From Eledone cirrhosa (lineage: Eukaryota), in contig OZ024742.1 of assembly GCA_964016885.1 (NCBI GenBank), forward strand, positions 356,934,001 to 356,998,000: a stretch of DNA of 64,000 bases, in the 5' to 3' direction. Each line of letters begins with the position of its first letter. Within the stretch, counting starts at the first letter, position 1. Made by a program: the position numbers and the translations under genes. Shown here in pieces: positions 27,801-40,905 of this stretch. Below the pieces are notes generated by a model, which saw only the letters and a list, made by a program, of their open reading frames with translations, was not told the DNA's origin and made no database searches.

Positions 27801-30800
27801 ACACCTACATGACCACTTTACAGAGTTGACTGAGTACTTTTAGTTGTGACACCTACATGATCACTTTACAGTTTGGTCTGAGTACCTTAATTGTGACGCT
27901 TACATGACCACTTTATAGTGTGGACTGAGTACTTTTAATTGTGACACCTATATGATCATTATACAATGTGGACTGAGTAATTTTAGTTGTGAAACTTACA
28001 TGACCACTTTACAGTGTGAACTGAGTACTTTTAGCTGTGACACTTACATGACCACTTTACAGTGTGAACTAAGTACTTTTAGTAGTGACACTTAATATGA
28101 CCACATAACAGTGTGGGCTGAGTACTTTTAGTTGTGACACTTACATGACCACTTCACAGTGTGGACTGAGTACTTCTAGTTGCGACACTTACATGACCAC
28201 TTTACAGTGTGGACTGAGTACTTTTAGTTGTGACACTTACACGACCACTTTACAGTGTGGACTGAGTACTTTTAGTTGTGGCACTTACATGACCACTTTA
28301 CAGTGTGATTGAGTAATTTTAGTTGTGACACCTACATGACCACTTTAAATTGTGGACTGAGAAATTTTAGTTGTGACACCTACATGACCACTTTACAGTG
28401 TGAACTGAGTACTTTTAACTGTGACACTTACATGACTACTTTACAGTGTGGACTGAGTACTTTTAGTTGTGAGACCTACATGACCACATTACAGTGTGGT
28501 CTGAGTACTTTTAGTTGTGACACTTACATGGCCACTTTACAGTGTAGACTGAGTACTTTTAGTTGTGATACTTACATGACCACTTTACAGAGAGGACTGA
28601 GTACTTTTAGTTGTGACACTTACATGACCACTTTTCAGAGTGGACTGAGTACTTTTAGTTGTGACACCTACATGTCCAACTTGCAGTGTGGACTGAGTAT
28701 TTTTACTTGTGACACCTACATGACCTCTTTACAGTGTGGACTACGTACTTTTAGTTGTGACACTTACGTGACCACTTTATAGTGTGGACTGAGTACTTTT
28801 AGTTGTGACACTTACATGAACACTTTACAGTGTGGACTGAGTACTTTTAGTTCTGACACTTACATGACCAATTTACAGTGTGTACTGAGAACTTTTAGTT
28901 GTGACACATACATGACCACTTTACAGAGTGGACTAAGTACTTTTAGTAGTGACACTTAATATGACCACTTTACAGTGTGGGCTGAGTACTTTTAGTTGTG
29001 ACACTTACATGACCACTTTACAGTGTGGACTGAGTACTTCTAGTTGCGACACTTACATGACCACTTTACAGTGTGGACTGAGTATTTTTAGTTGTGACAC
29101 TTACACGACCACTTTACAGTGTGGATTGAGTACTTTTAGTTGTGGCACTTACATGACCACTTTACAGTGTGATTGAGTAATTTTAGTTGTGACACCTACA
29201 TGACCTCTTTAAAGTGTGGACTGAGTAATTTTAGTTGTGACACCTACATGACCACTTTACAGTGTGGACTGAGTACTTTTAATTGTGACACTTACATGAC
29301 TACTCTACAGTGTGGACTGAGTACTTTTAGTTGTGAGACCTACATGACCACGTTACAGTGTGGACTGAGTATTTTAGTTGTGTCACCTACATGACCACTT
29401 TACAGTGTGAACTGAAAACTTTTGGTTGTGACACCTACATGACTACTTTACAGTGTGGACTGAGTACTTTTAGTTGTGACACCTACAGGACCACTTTACA
29501 GTGTGGACTGAGTATTTTAGTTGTGACACCTACATGACCAGTTTACAGAGTGGACTGAGTACTTTTAGTTGTGACACCTACACGACCAGTTTACAGTGTG
29601 GACTGGGTACTTTTACTTGTGACACATACATGACCAGTTTACAGAGTGGACTGAGTACTTTTAGTTGTGACACCTACACGACCAGTTTACAGTGTGGACT
29701 GGGTACTTTTACTTGTGACACTTACATGACCACTTTACAGTGTGGACTAATTACATTTAGTTGTGACTCCTACATGACCACTTTACAGTGTGGACTGAGT
29801 ACATTTAGTTGTGACACTTACATGATCAGTTTACAGTGTGGACTAAGTACTTTTAGTTGTGAGACCTACATGACCACTTTCCAGTGTGGAGTGAGTACTT
29901 TTAGTTGTGACATCTACATGACCACTTTGCAGTGTGGACTGAGAACTTTTACTTGTGACACTTACATGACCACTTTACAGTGTGGAGAGTACTTTTAGTT
30001 GTGACACCTACATGACCACTTTACAGAGTTGACTGAGTACTTTTAGTTGTGACACCTACATGATCACTTTACAGTTTGGTCTGAGTACCTTAATTGTGAC
30101 GCTTACATGACCACTTTATAGTGTGGACTGAGTACTTTTAATTGTGACACCTATATGATCATTATACAATGTGGACTGAGTAATTTTAGTTGTGAAACTT
30201 ACATGACCACTTTACAGTGTGAACTGAGTACTTTTAGCTGTGACACTTACATGACCACTTTACAGTGTGAACTAAGTACTTTTAGTAGTGACACTTAATA
30301 TGACCACTTTACAGTGTGGGCTGAGTACTTTTAGTTGTGACACTTACATGACCACTTCACAGTGTGGACTGAGTACTTTTAGTTGCGACACTTACATGAC
30401 CACTTTACAGTGTGGACTGAGTACTTTTAGTTGTGACACTTACACGACCACTTTACAGTGTGGACTGAGTACTTTTAGTTGTGGCACTTACATGACCACT
30501 TTACAGTGTGATTGAGTAATTTTAGTTGTGACACCTACATGACCACTTTAAATTGTGGACTGAGAAATTTTAGTTGTGACACCTACATGACCACTTTATA
30601 GTGTGAACTGAGTACTTTTAACTGTGACACTTACATGACTACTTTACAGTGTGGACTGAGTACTTTTAGTTGTGAGACCTACATGACCACATTACAGTGT
30701 GGTCTGAGTACTTTTAGTTGTGACACTTACATGGCCACTTTACAGTGTAGACTGAGTACTTTTAGTTGTGATACTTACATGACCACTTTACAGAGAGGAC

Positions 30801-31414
30801 TGAGTACTTTTAGTTGTGACACTTACATGACCACTTTTCAGAGTGGACTGAGTACTTTTAGTTGTGACACCTACATGTCCAACTTGCAGTGTGGACTGAG
30901 TATTTTTACTTGTGACACCTACATGACCTCTTTACAGTGTGGACTACGTACTTTTAGTTGTGACACTTACGTGACCACTTTATAGTGTGGACTGAGTACT
31001 TTTAGTTGTGACACTTACATGAACACTTTACACTGTGGACTGAGTACTTTTAGTTCTGACACTTACATGACCACTTTACAGTGTGTACTGAGAACTTTTA
31101 GTTGTGACACATACATGACCACTTTACAGAGTGGACTAAGTACTTTTAGTAGTGACACTTAATATGACCACTTTACAGTGTGGGCTGAGTACTTTTAGTT
31201 GTGACACTTACATGACCACTTTACAGTGTGGACTGAGTACTTCTAGTTGCGACACTTACATGACCACTTTACAGTGTGGACTGAGTATTTTTAGTTGTGA
31301 CACTTACACGACCACTTTACAGTGTGGATTGAGTACTTTTAGTTGTGGCACTTACATGACCACTTTACAGTGTGATTGAGTAATTTTAGTTGTGACACCT
31401 ACATGACCTCTTTA
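21900..31414 (+). repeat. 2203-bp (46-monomer) HOR, about 4.3 tandem copies, with a deleted partial copy from about 21170
   Basis: ORF starts 22340/24543/26746/28949/31152 and 22892/25095/27298/29501 are spaced exactly 2203 bp. Markers ctacgtact, ctgaaaact, ggagagtact and acttaatatg recur in register. Confidence 0.95.
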
Positions 31415-34400
31415 CAGTGTGGACTACGTACTTTTAGTTGTGACACTTACGTGACCACTTTATAGTGTGGACTGAGTACTTTTAGTTGTGACACTTACAT
31501 GAACACTTTACAGTGTGGACTGAGTACTTTTAGTTCTGACACTTACATGACCACTTTACAGTGTGTACTGAGAACTTTTAGTTGTGACACTTACATGACC
31601 ACTTCACAGTGTGGACTGAGTACTTTTAGTTGCGACACTTACATGACCACTTTACAGTGTGGACTGAGTACTTTTAATTGTGACACTTACATGACTACTC
31701 TACAGTGTGGACTGAGTACTTTTAGTTGTGAGACCTACATGACCACGTTACAGTGTGGACTGAGTATTTTAGTTGTGTCACATACATGACCACTTTACAG
31801 TGTGAACTGAAAACTTTTGGTTGTGACACCTACATGACTACTTTGCAGTGTGGACTGAGTACTTTTAGTTGTGACACCTACAGGACCACTTTACAGTGTG
31901 GACTGAGTATTTTAGTTGTGACACCTACATGACCAGTTTACAGAGTGGACTGAGTACTTTTAGTTGTGACACCTACACGACCAGTTTACAGTGTGGACTG
32001 AGTACTTTTACTTGTGACACATACATGACCAGTTTACAGAGTGGACTGAGTACTTTTAGTTGTGACACCTACACGACCAGTTTACAGTGTGGACTGGGTA
32101 CTTTTACTTGTGACACTTACATGACCACTTTACAGTGTGGACTAATTACATTTAGTTGTGACTCCTACATGACCACTTTACAGTGTGGACTGATTACTGT
32201 TAGTTGTGACACCTACTTCACCACTTTACAGTGTGGACTGAGTAATTTTAGTTGTGACACTTACATGACCACTTTAGAGTGTGGACTGAATACTTTTAGT
32301 TGTGATACCTACATGACCGCTTTACAGTGTGGTCTCAGTATTTTAGTTGTGATACTTACATGACCACTTTACAGAGTGGACTGAGTACTTTTAGTTGTGA
32401 CAACTACATGACCACTTTACAGTGTGGACTGAATACTTTTAGTTGTGACACTAACGTGACCACTTTATAGTGTGGACTGAGTACTTTTAGTTGTGACACT
32501 TACACGACCACTTTACAGTGTGGACTGAGTACTTTTAGTTGTGGCACTTACATGACCACTTTACAGTGTGATTGAGTAATTTTAGTTGTGACACCTACAT
32601 GACCACTTTAAAGTGTGGACTGAGAAATTTTAGTTGTGACACCTACATGACCACTTTACAGTGTGAACTGAGTACTTTTAACTGTGACACTTACATGACT
32701 CCTTTACAGTGTGGACTGAGTACTTTTAGTTGTGAGACCTACATGACCACATTACAGTGTGGTCTGAGTACTTTTAGTTGTGACACTTACATGGCCACTT
32801 TACAGTGTAGACTGAGTACTTTTAGTTGTGATACTTACATGACCACTTTACAGAGAGGACTGAGTACTTTTAGTTGTGACACTTACATGACCACTTTTCA
32901 GAGTGGACTGAGTACTTTTAGTTGTGACACCTACATGTCCAACTTGCAGTGTGGACTGAGTATTTTTTCTTGTGACACCTACATGACCTCTTTACAGTGT
33001 GGACTACGTACTTTTAGTTGTGATACTTACATGACCACTTTACAGAGTGGACTGAGTATTTTAGTTGTGACAACTACATGACCACTTTACAGTGTGGACT
33101 GAATACTTTTAGTTGTGACACTTACGTGACCACTTTATAGTGTGGACTGAGTACTTTTAGTTGTGACACTTACATGAACACTTTACAGTGTGGACTGAGT
33201 ACTTTTAGTTCTGACACTTACATGACCACTTTACAGTGTGTACTGAGAACTTTTAGTTGTGACACATACATGACCACTTTACAGAGTGGACTAAGTACTT
33301 TTAGTAGTGACACTTAATATGACCACTTTACAGTGTGGGCTGAGTACTTTTAGTTGTGACACTTACATGACCACTTCACATTGTGGACTGAGTATTTTTA
33401 GTTGTGACACTTACACGACCACTTTACAGTGTGGATTGAGTACTTTTAGTTGTGACACCTACATGACCTCTTTAAAGTGTGGACTGAGTAATTTTAGTTG
33501 TGACACCTACATGACCACTTTACAGTGTGGACTGAGTACTTTTAATTGTGACACTTACATGACTACTCTACAGTGTGGACTGAGTACTTTTAGTTGTGAG
33601 ACCTACATGACCACGTTACAGTGTGGACTGAGTATTTTAGTTGTGTCACCTACATGACCACTTTACAGTGTGAACTGAAAACATTTGGTTGTGACACCTA
33701 CATGACTACTTTACAGTGTGGACTGAGTACTTTTAGTTGTGACACCTACAGGACCACTTTACAGTGTGGACTGAGTATTTTAGTTGTGACACCTACATGA
33801 CCAGTTTACAGAGTGGACTGAGTACTTTTAGTTGTGACACCTACACGACCAGTTTACAGTGTGGACTGGGTACTTTTACTTGTGACACATACATGACCAG
33901 TTTACAGAGTGGACTGAGTACTTTTAGTTGTGACACCTACACGACCAGTTTACAGTGTGGACTGGGTACTTTTACTTGTGACACTTACATGACCACTTTA
34001 CAATGTGGACTAATTACATTTAGTTGTGACTCCTACATGACCACTTTACAGTGTGGACTGATTACTGTTAGTTGTGACAGCTACTTCACCACTTTACAGT
34101 GTGGACTGAGTAATTTTAGTTGTGACACTTACATGACCACTTTACAGAGTGGACTGAGTACTTTTAGTTGTGACAACTACATGACCACTTTACAGTGTGG
34201 ACTGAATACTTTTAGTTGTGACACTAACGTGACCACTTTATAGTGTGGACTGAGTACTTTTAGTTGTGACACTTACATGACCACTTTACAGTGTGGACTA
34301 AGTACTTTTAGTTGTGACACTTACATGACCACTTTACAGGGTAGATTGAGTACTTTTAGTTGTGACACTTACGTGACCACTTTACAGTGTGGACTGAGTA

Positions 34401-37400
34401 CTTTTAGTTGTGACACTTACATGGCCACTTTACAGTGTAGACTGAGTACTTTTAGTTGTGATACTTACATGACCACTTTACAGAGTGGACTGAGTACTTT
34501 TAGTTGTGACACTTACATGACCACTTTACAGAGTGGACTGAGTACTTTTACTTGTGACACCTACATGACCACTTTACAGTGAGGACTGAGTACTTTTAGT
34601 TGTGACACTTACATGGCCACTTTACAGTGTAGACTGAGTACTTTTAGTTGTGATACTTACATGACCACTTTACAGAGTGGACTGAGTACTTTTAGTTGTG
34701 ACACTTACATGACCACTTTACAGAGTGGACTGAGTACTTTTACTTGTGACACCTACATGTCCAACTTGCAGTGTGGACTGAGTACTTTTACTTGTGACAC
34801 CTACATGACCTCTTTACAGTGTGGACTGAGTACTTTTAGTTGTGATACTTACATGACCACTTTACAGAGTGGATTGAGTACTTTTAGTTGTGACAACTAC
34901 ATGACCACTTTACAGTGTGGACTGAATACTTTTAGTTGTGACACTAACGTGACCACTTTATAGTGTGGACTGAGTACTTTTAGTTCTGACACTTACATGA
35001 CCACATTACAGTGTGGACTGAGAACTTTCAGTTGTGACACATACATGACCACTTTACAGAGTGGACTAAGTACTTTTAGTAGTGACACTTAATATGACCA
35101 CTTTACAGTGTGGGCTGAGTACTTTTAGTTGTGACACTTTCATGACCAATTTACAGTGTGGACTGAGTATTTTAGTTGCGACACTTACATGACCACTTTA
35201 CAGTGTGCACTGAGTACTTTTAGTTGTGACACTTACATGACCACTTTAAAGTGTGGACTGAGTACTTTTAGTTGTGACACCTACATGACCACTTTACAGT
35301 GTGGACTGAGTATTTTAGTTGTGACACTTACATGACTACTTTACAGTGTGGACTGAGTACTTTTAGTTGTGACACCTACATGACCACTTTACAGTGTGGA
35401 CTGAGTACTTTTAGTTGTGATACCTACATGAACACTTTACAGTGTGGACTGAGTATTTTAGTTGTGACACCTACATGACCAGTTTACAGAGTGTACTGAG
35501 TACTTTTAGTTGTGACACCTACACGACCACTTTACAGTGTGGACTGGGTACTTTTACTTGTTACACATACATGACCACTTTACAGTGTGGACTGAGTACT
35601 TTTAGTTGTGACACCTACATGACCTCTTTACAGTGTGGACTACGTACTTTTAGTTGTGACACTTACGTGACCACTTTATAGTGTGGACTGAGTACTTTTA
35701 GTTGTGACACTTACATGAACACTTTACACTGTGGACTGAGTACTTTTAGTTCTGACACTTACATGACCACTTTACAGTGTGAACTGAAAACTTTTGGTTG
35801 TGACACCTACATGACTACTTTGCAGTGTGGACTGAGTACTTTTAGTTGTGACACCTACAGGACCACTTTACAGTGTGGACTGAGTATTTTAGTTGTGACA
35901 CCTACATGACCAGTTTACAGAGTGGACTGAGTACTTTTAGTTGTGACACCTACATGACCTCTTTACAGTGTGGACTACGTACTTTTAGTTGTGACACTTA
36001 CGTGACCACTTTATAGTGTGGACTGAGTACTTTTAGTTGTGACACTTACATGAACACTTTACACTGTGGACTGAGTACTTTTAGTTCTGACACTTACATG
36101 ACCACTTTACAGTGTGTACTGAGAACTTTTAGTTGTGACACATACATGACCACTTTACAGAGTGGACTAAGTACTTTTAGTAGTGACACTTAATATGACC
36201 ACTTTACAGTGTGGGCTGAGTACTTTTAGTTGTGACACTTACATGACCACTTCACAGTGTGGACTGAGTACTTTTAGTTGCGACACTTACATGACCACTT
36301 TACAGTGTGGACTGAGTACTTTTAGTTGTGACACTTACACGACCACTTTACAGTGTGGACTGAGTACTTTTAGTTGTGGCACTTACATGACCACTTTACA
36401 GTGTGATTGAGTAATTTTAGTTGTGACACCTACATGACCACTTTAAATTGTGGACTGAGAAATTTTAGTTGTGACACCTACATGACCACTTTACAGTGTG
36501 AACTGAGTACTTTTAACTGTGACACTTACATGACTACTTTACAGTGTGGACTGAGTACTTTTAGTTGTGAGACCTACATGACCACATTACAGTGTGGTCT
36601 GAGTACTTTTAGTTGTGACACTTACATGGCCACTTTACAGTGTAGACTGAGTACTTTTAGTTGTGATACTTACATGACCACTTTACAGAGAGGACTGAGT
36701 ACTTTTAGTTGTGACACTTACATGACCACTTTTCAGAGTGGACTGAGTACTTTTAGTTGTGACACTTACATGACCACTTTACAGTGTGGACTGAGTATTT
36801 TTAGTTGTGACACTTACATGACCACTTTTCAGAGTGGACTGAGTACTTTTAGTTGTGACACCTACATGTCCAACTTGCAGTGTGGACTGAGTATTTTTAC
36901 TTGTGACACCTACATGACCTCTTTACAGTGTGGACTACGTACTTTTAGTTGTGACACTTACGTGACCACTTTATAGTGTGGACTGAGTACTTTTAGTTGT
37001 GACACTTACATGAACACTTTACAGTGTGGACTGAGTACTTTTAGTTCTGACACTTACATGACCACTTTACAGTGTGTACTGAGAACTTTTAGTTGTGACA
37101 CTTACATGACCACTTCACAGTGTGGACTGAGTACTTTTAGTTGCGACACTTACATGACCACTTTACAGTGTGGACTGAGTACTTTTAATTGTGACACTTA
37201 CATGACTACTCTACAGTGTGGACTGAGTACTTTTAGTTGTGAGACCTACATGACCACGTTACAGTGTGGACTGAGTATTTTAGTTGTGTCACCTACATGA
37301 CCACTTTACAGTGTGAACTGAAAACTTTTGGTTGTGACACCTACATGACTACTTTGCAGTGTGGACTGAGTACTTTTAGTTGTGACACCTACAGGACCAC

Positions 37401-40400
37401 TTTACAGTGTGGACTGAGTATTTTAGTTGTGACACCTACATGACCAGTTTACAGAGTGGACTGAGTACTTTTAGTTGTGACACCTACACGACCAGTTTAC
37501 AGTGTGGACTGGGTACTTTTACTTGTGACACATACATGACCAGTTTACAGAGTGAACTGAGTACTTTTAGTTGTGACACCTACACGACCAGTTTACAGTG
37601 TGGACTGGGTACTTTTACTTGTGACACTTACATGACCACTTTACAGTGTGGACTAATTACATTTAGTTGTGACTCCTACATGACCACTTTACAGTGTGGA
37701 CTGATTACTGTTAGTTGTGACACCTACTTCACCACTTTACAGTGTGGACTGAGTAATTTTAGTTGTGACACTTACATGACCACTTTAGAGTGTGGACTGA
37801 ATACTTTTAGTTGTGATACCTACATGACCGCTTTACAGTGTGGTCTCAGTATTTTAGTTGTGATACTTACATGACCACTTTACAGAGTGGACTGAGTACT
37901 TTTAGTTGTGACAACTACATGACCACTTTACAGTGTGGACTGAATACTTTTAGTTGTGACACTAACGTGACCACTTTATAGTGTGGACTGAGTACTTTTA
38001 GTTGTGACACTTACACGACCACTTTACAGTGTGGACTGAGTACTTTTAGTTGTGGCACTTACATGACCACTTTACAGTGTGATTGAGTAATTTTAGTTGT
38101 GACACCTACATGACCACTTTAAAGTGTGGACTGAGAAATTTTAGTTGTGACACCTACATGACCACTTTACAGTGTGAACTGAGTACTTTTAACTGTGACA
38201 CTTACATGACTCCTTTACAGTGTGGACTGAGTACTTTTAGTTGTGAGACCTACATGACCACATTACAGTGTGGTCTGAGTACTTTTAGTTGTGACACTTA
38301 CATGGCCACTTTACAGTGTAGACTGAGTACTTTTAGTTGTGATACTTACATGACCACTTTACAGAGAGGACTGAGTACTTTTAGTTGTGACACTTACATG
38401 ACCACTTTTCAGAGTGGACTGAGTACTTTTAGTTGTGACACCTACATGTCCAACTTGCAGTGTGGACTGAGTATTTTTTCTTGTGACACCTACATGACCT
38501 CTTTACAGTGTGGACTACGTACTTTTAGTTGTGATACTTACATGACCACTTTACAGAGTGGACTGAGTATTTTAGTTGTGACAACTACATGACCACTTTA
38601 CAGTGTGGACTGAATACTTTTAGTTGTGACACTTACGTGACCACTTTATAGTGTGGACTGAGTACTTTTAGTTGTGACACTTACATGAACACTTTACAGT
38701 GTGGACTGAGTACTTTTAGTTCTGACACTTACATGACCACTTTACAGTGTGTACTGAGAACTTTTAGTTGTGACACATACATGACCACTTTACAGAGTGG
38801 ACTAAGTACTTTTAGTAGTGACACTTAATATGACCACTTTACAGTGTGGGCTGAGTACTTTTAGTTGTGACACTTACATGACCACTTCACATTGTGGACT
38901 GAGTATTTTTAGTTGTGACACTTACACGACCACTTTACAGTGTGGATTGAGTACTTTTAGTTGTGGCACTTACATGACCACTTTACAGTGTGATTGAGTA
39001 ATTTTAGTTGTGACACCTACATGACCTCTTTAAAGTGTGGACTGAGTAATTTTAGTTGTGACACCTACATGACCACTTTACAGTGTGGACTGAGTACTTT
39101 TAATTGTGACACTTACATGACTACTCTACAGTGTGGACTGAGTACTTTTAGTTGTGAGACCTACATGACCACGTTACAGTGTGGACTGAGTATTTTAGTT
39201 GTGTCACCTACATGACCACTTTACAGTGTGAACTGAAAACATTTGGTTGTGACACCTACATGACTACTTTACAGTGTGGACTGAGTACTTTTAGTTGTGA
39301 CACCTACAGGACCACTTTACAGTGTGGACTGAGTATTTTAGTTGTGACACCTACACGACCAGTTTACAGTGTGGACTGGGTACTTTTACTTGTGACACAT
39401 ACATGACCAGTTTACAGAGTGGACTGAGTACTTTTAGTTGTGACACCTACACGACCAGTTTACAGTGTGGACTGGGTACTTTTACTTGTGACACTTACAT
39501 GACCACTTTACAGTGTGGACTAATTACATTTAGTTGTGACTCCTACATGACCACTTTACAGTGTGGACTGATTACTGTTAGTTGTGACAGCTACTTCACC
39601 ACTTTACAGTGTGGACTGAGTAACTTTAGTTGTGACACTTACATGACCACTTTAGAGTGTGGACTGAATACTTTTAGTTGTGATACCTACATGACCGCTT
39701 TACAGTGTGGTCTCAGTATTTTAGTTGTGATACTTACATGACCACTTTACAGAGTGGACTGAGTACTTTTAGTTGTGACAACTACATGACCACTTTACAG
39801 TGTGGACTGAATACTTTTAGTTGTGACACTAACGTGACCACTTTATAGTGTGGACTGAGTACTTTTAGTTGTGACACTTACATGACCACTTTACAGTGTG
39901 GACTAAGTACTTTTAGTTGTGACACTTACATGACCACTTTACAGGGTAGATTGAGTACTTTTAGTTGTGACACTTACGTGACCACTTTACAGTGTGGACT
40001 GAGTACTTTTAGTTGTGACACTTACATGGCCACTTTACAGTGTAGACTGAGTACTTTTAGTTGTGATACTTACATGACCACTTTACAGAGTGGACTGAGT
40101 ACTTTTAGTTGTGACACTTACATGACCACTTTACAGAGTGGACTGAGTACTTTTACTTGTGACACCTACATGACCACTTTACAGTGAGGACTAACTACTT
40201 TTAGTTGTGACACTTACATGGCCACTTTACAGTGTAGACTGAGTACTTTTAGTTGTGATACTTACATGACCACTTTACAGAGTGGACTGAGTACTTTTAG
40301 TTGTGACACTTACATGACCACTTTACAGAGTGGACTGAGTACTTTTACTTGTGACACCTACATGTCCAACTTGCAGTGTGGACTGAGTACTTTTACTTGT

Positions 40401-40905
40401 GACACCTACATGACCTCTTTACAGTGTGGACTGAGTACTTTTAGTTGTGATACTTACATGACCACTTTACAGAGTGGATTGAGTACTTTTAGTTGTGACA
40501 ACTACATGACCACTTTACAGTGTGGACTGAATACTTTTAGTTGTGACACTAACGTGACCACTTTATAGTGTGGACTGAGTACTTTTAGTTCTGACACTTA
40601 CATGACCACATTACAGTGTGGACTGAGAACTTTTAGTTGTGACACATACATGACCACTTTACAGAGTGGACTAAGTACTTTTAGTAGTGACACTTAATAT
40701 GACCACTTTACAGTGTGGGCTGAGTACTTTTAGTTGTGACACTTTCATGACCAATTTACAGTGTGGACTGAGTATTTTAGTTGCGACACTTACATGACCA
40801 CTTTACAGTGTGCACTGAGTACTTTTAGTTGTGACACTTACATGACCACTTTAAAGTGTGGACTGAGTACTTTTAGTTGTGACACCTACATGACCACTTT
40901 ACAGA
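31390..40905 (+). repeat. About 3.9-kb block duplicated at an offset of 5511-5605 bp (31390-35300 and 36900-40905)
   Basis: ORF starts 31499/37010, 31896/37407 and 32572/38083 are +5511. Starts 34277/39882 and 34613/40218 are +5605. Both copies share the rare variants atgactcct, gacagctacttc and cagtgagg. Confidence 0.88.
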
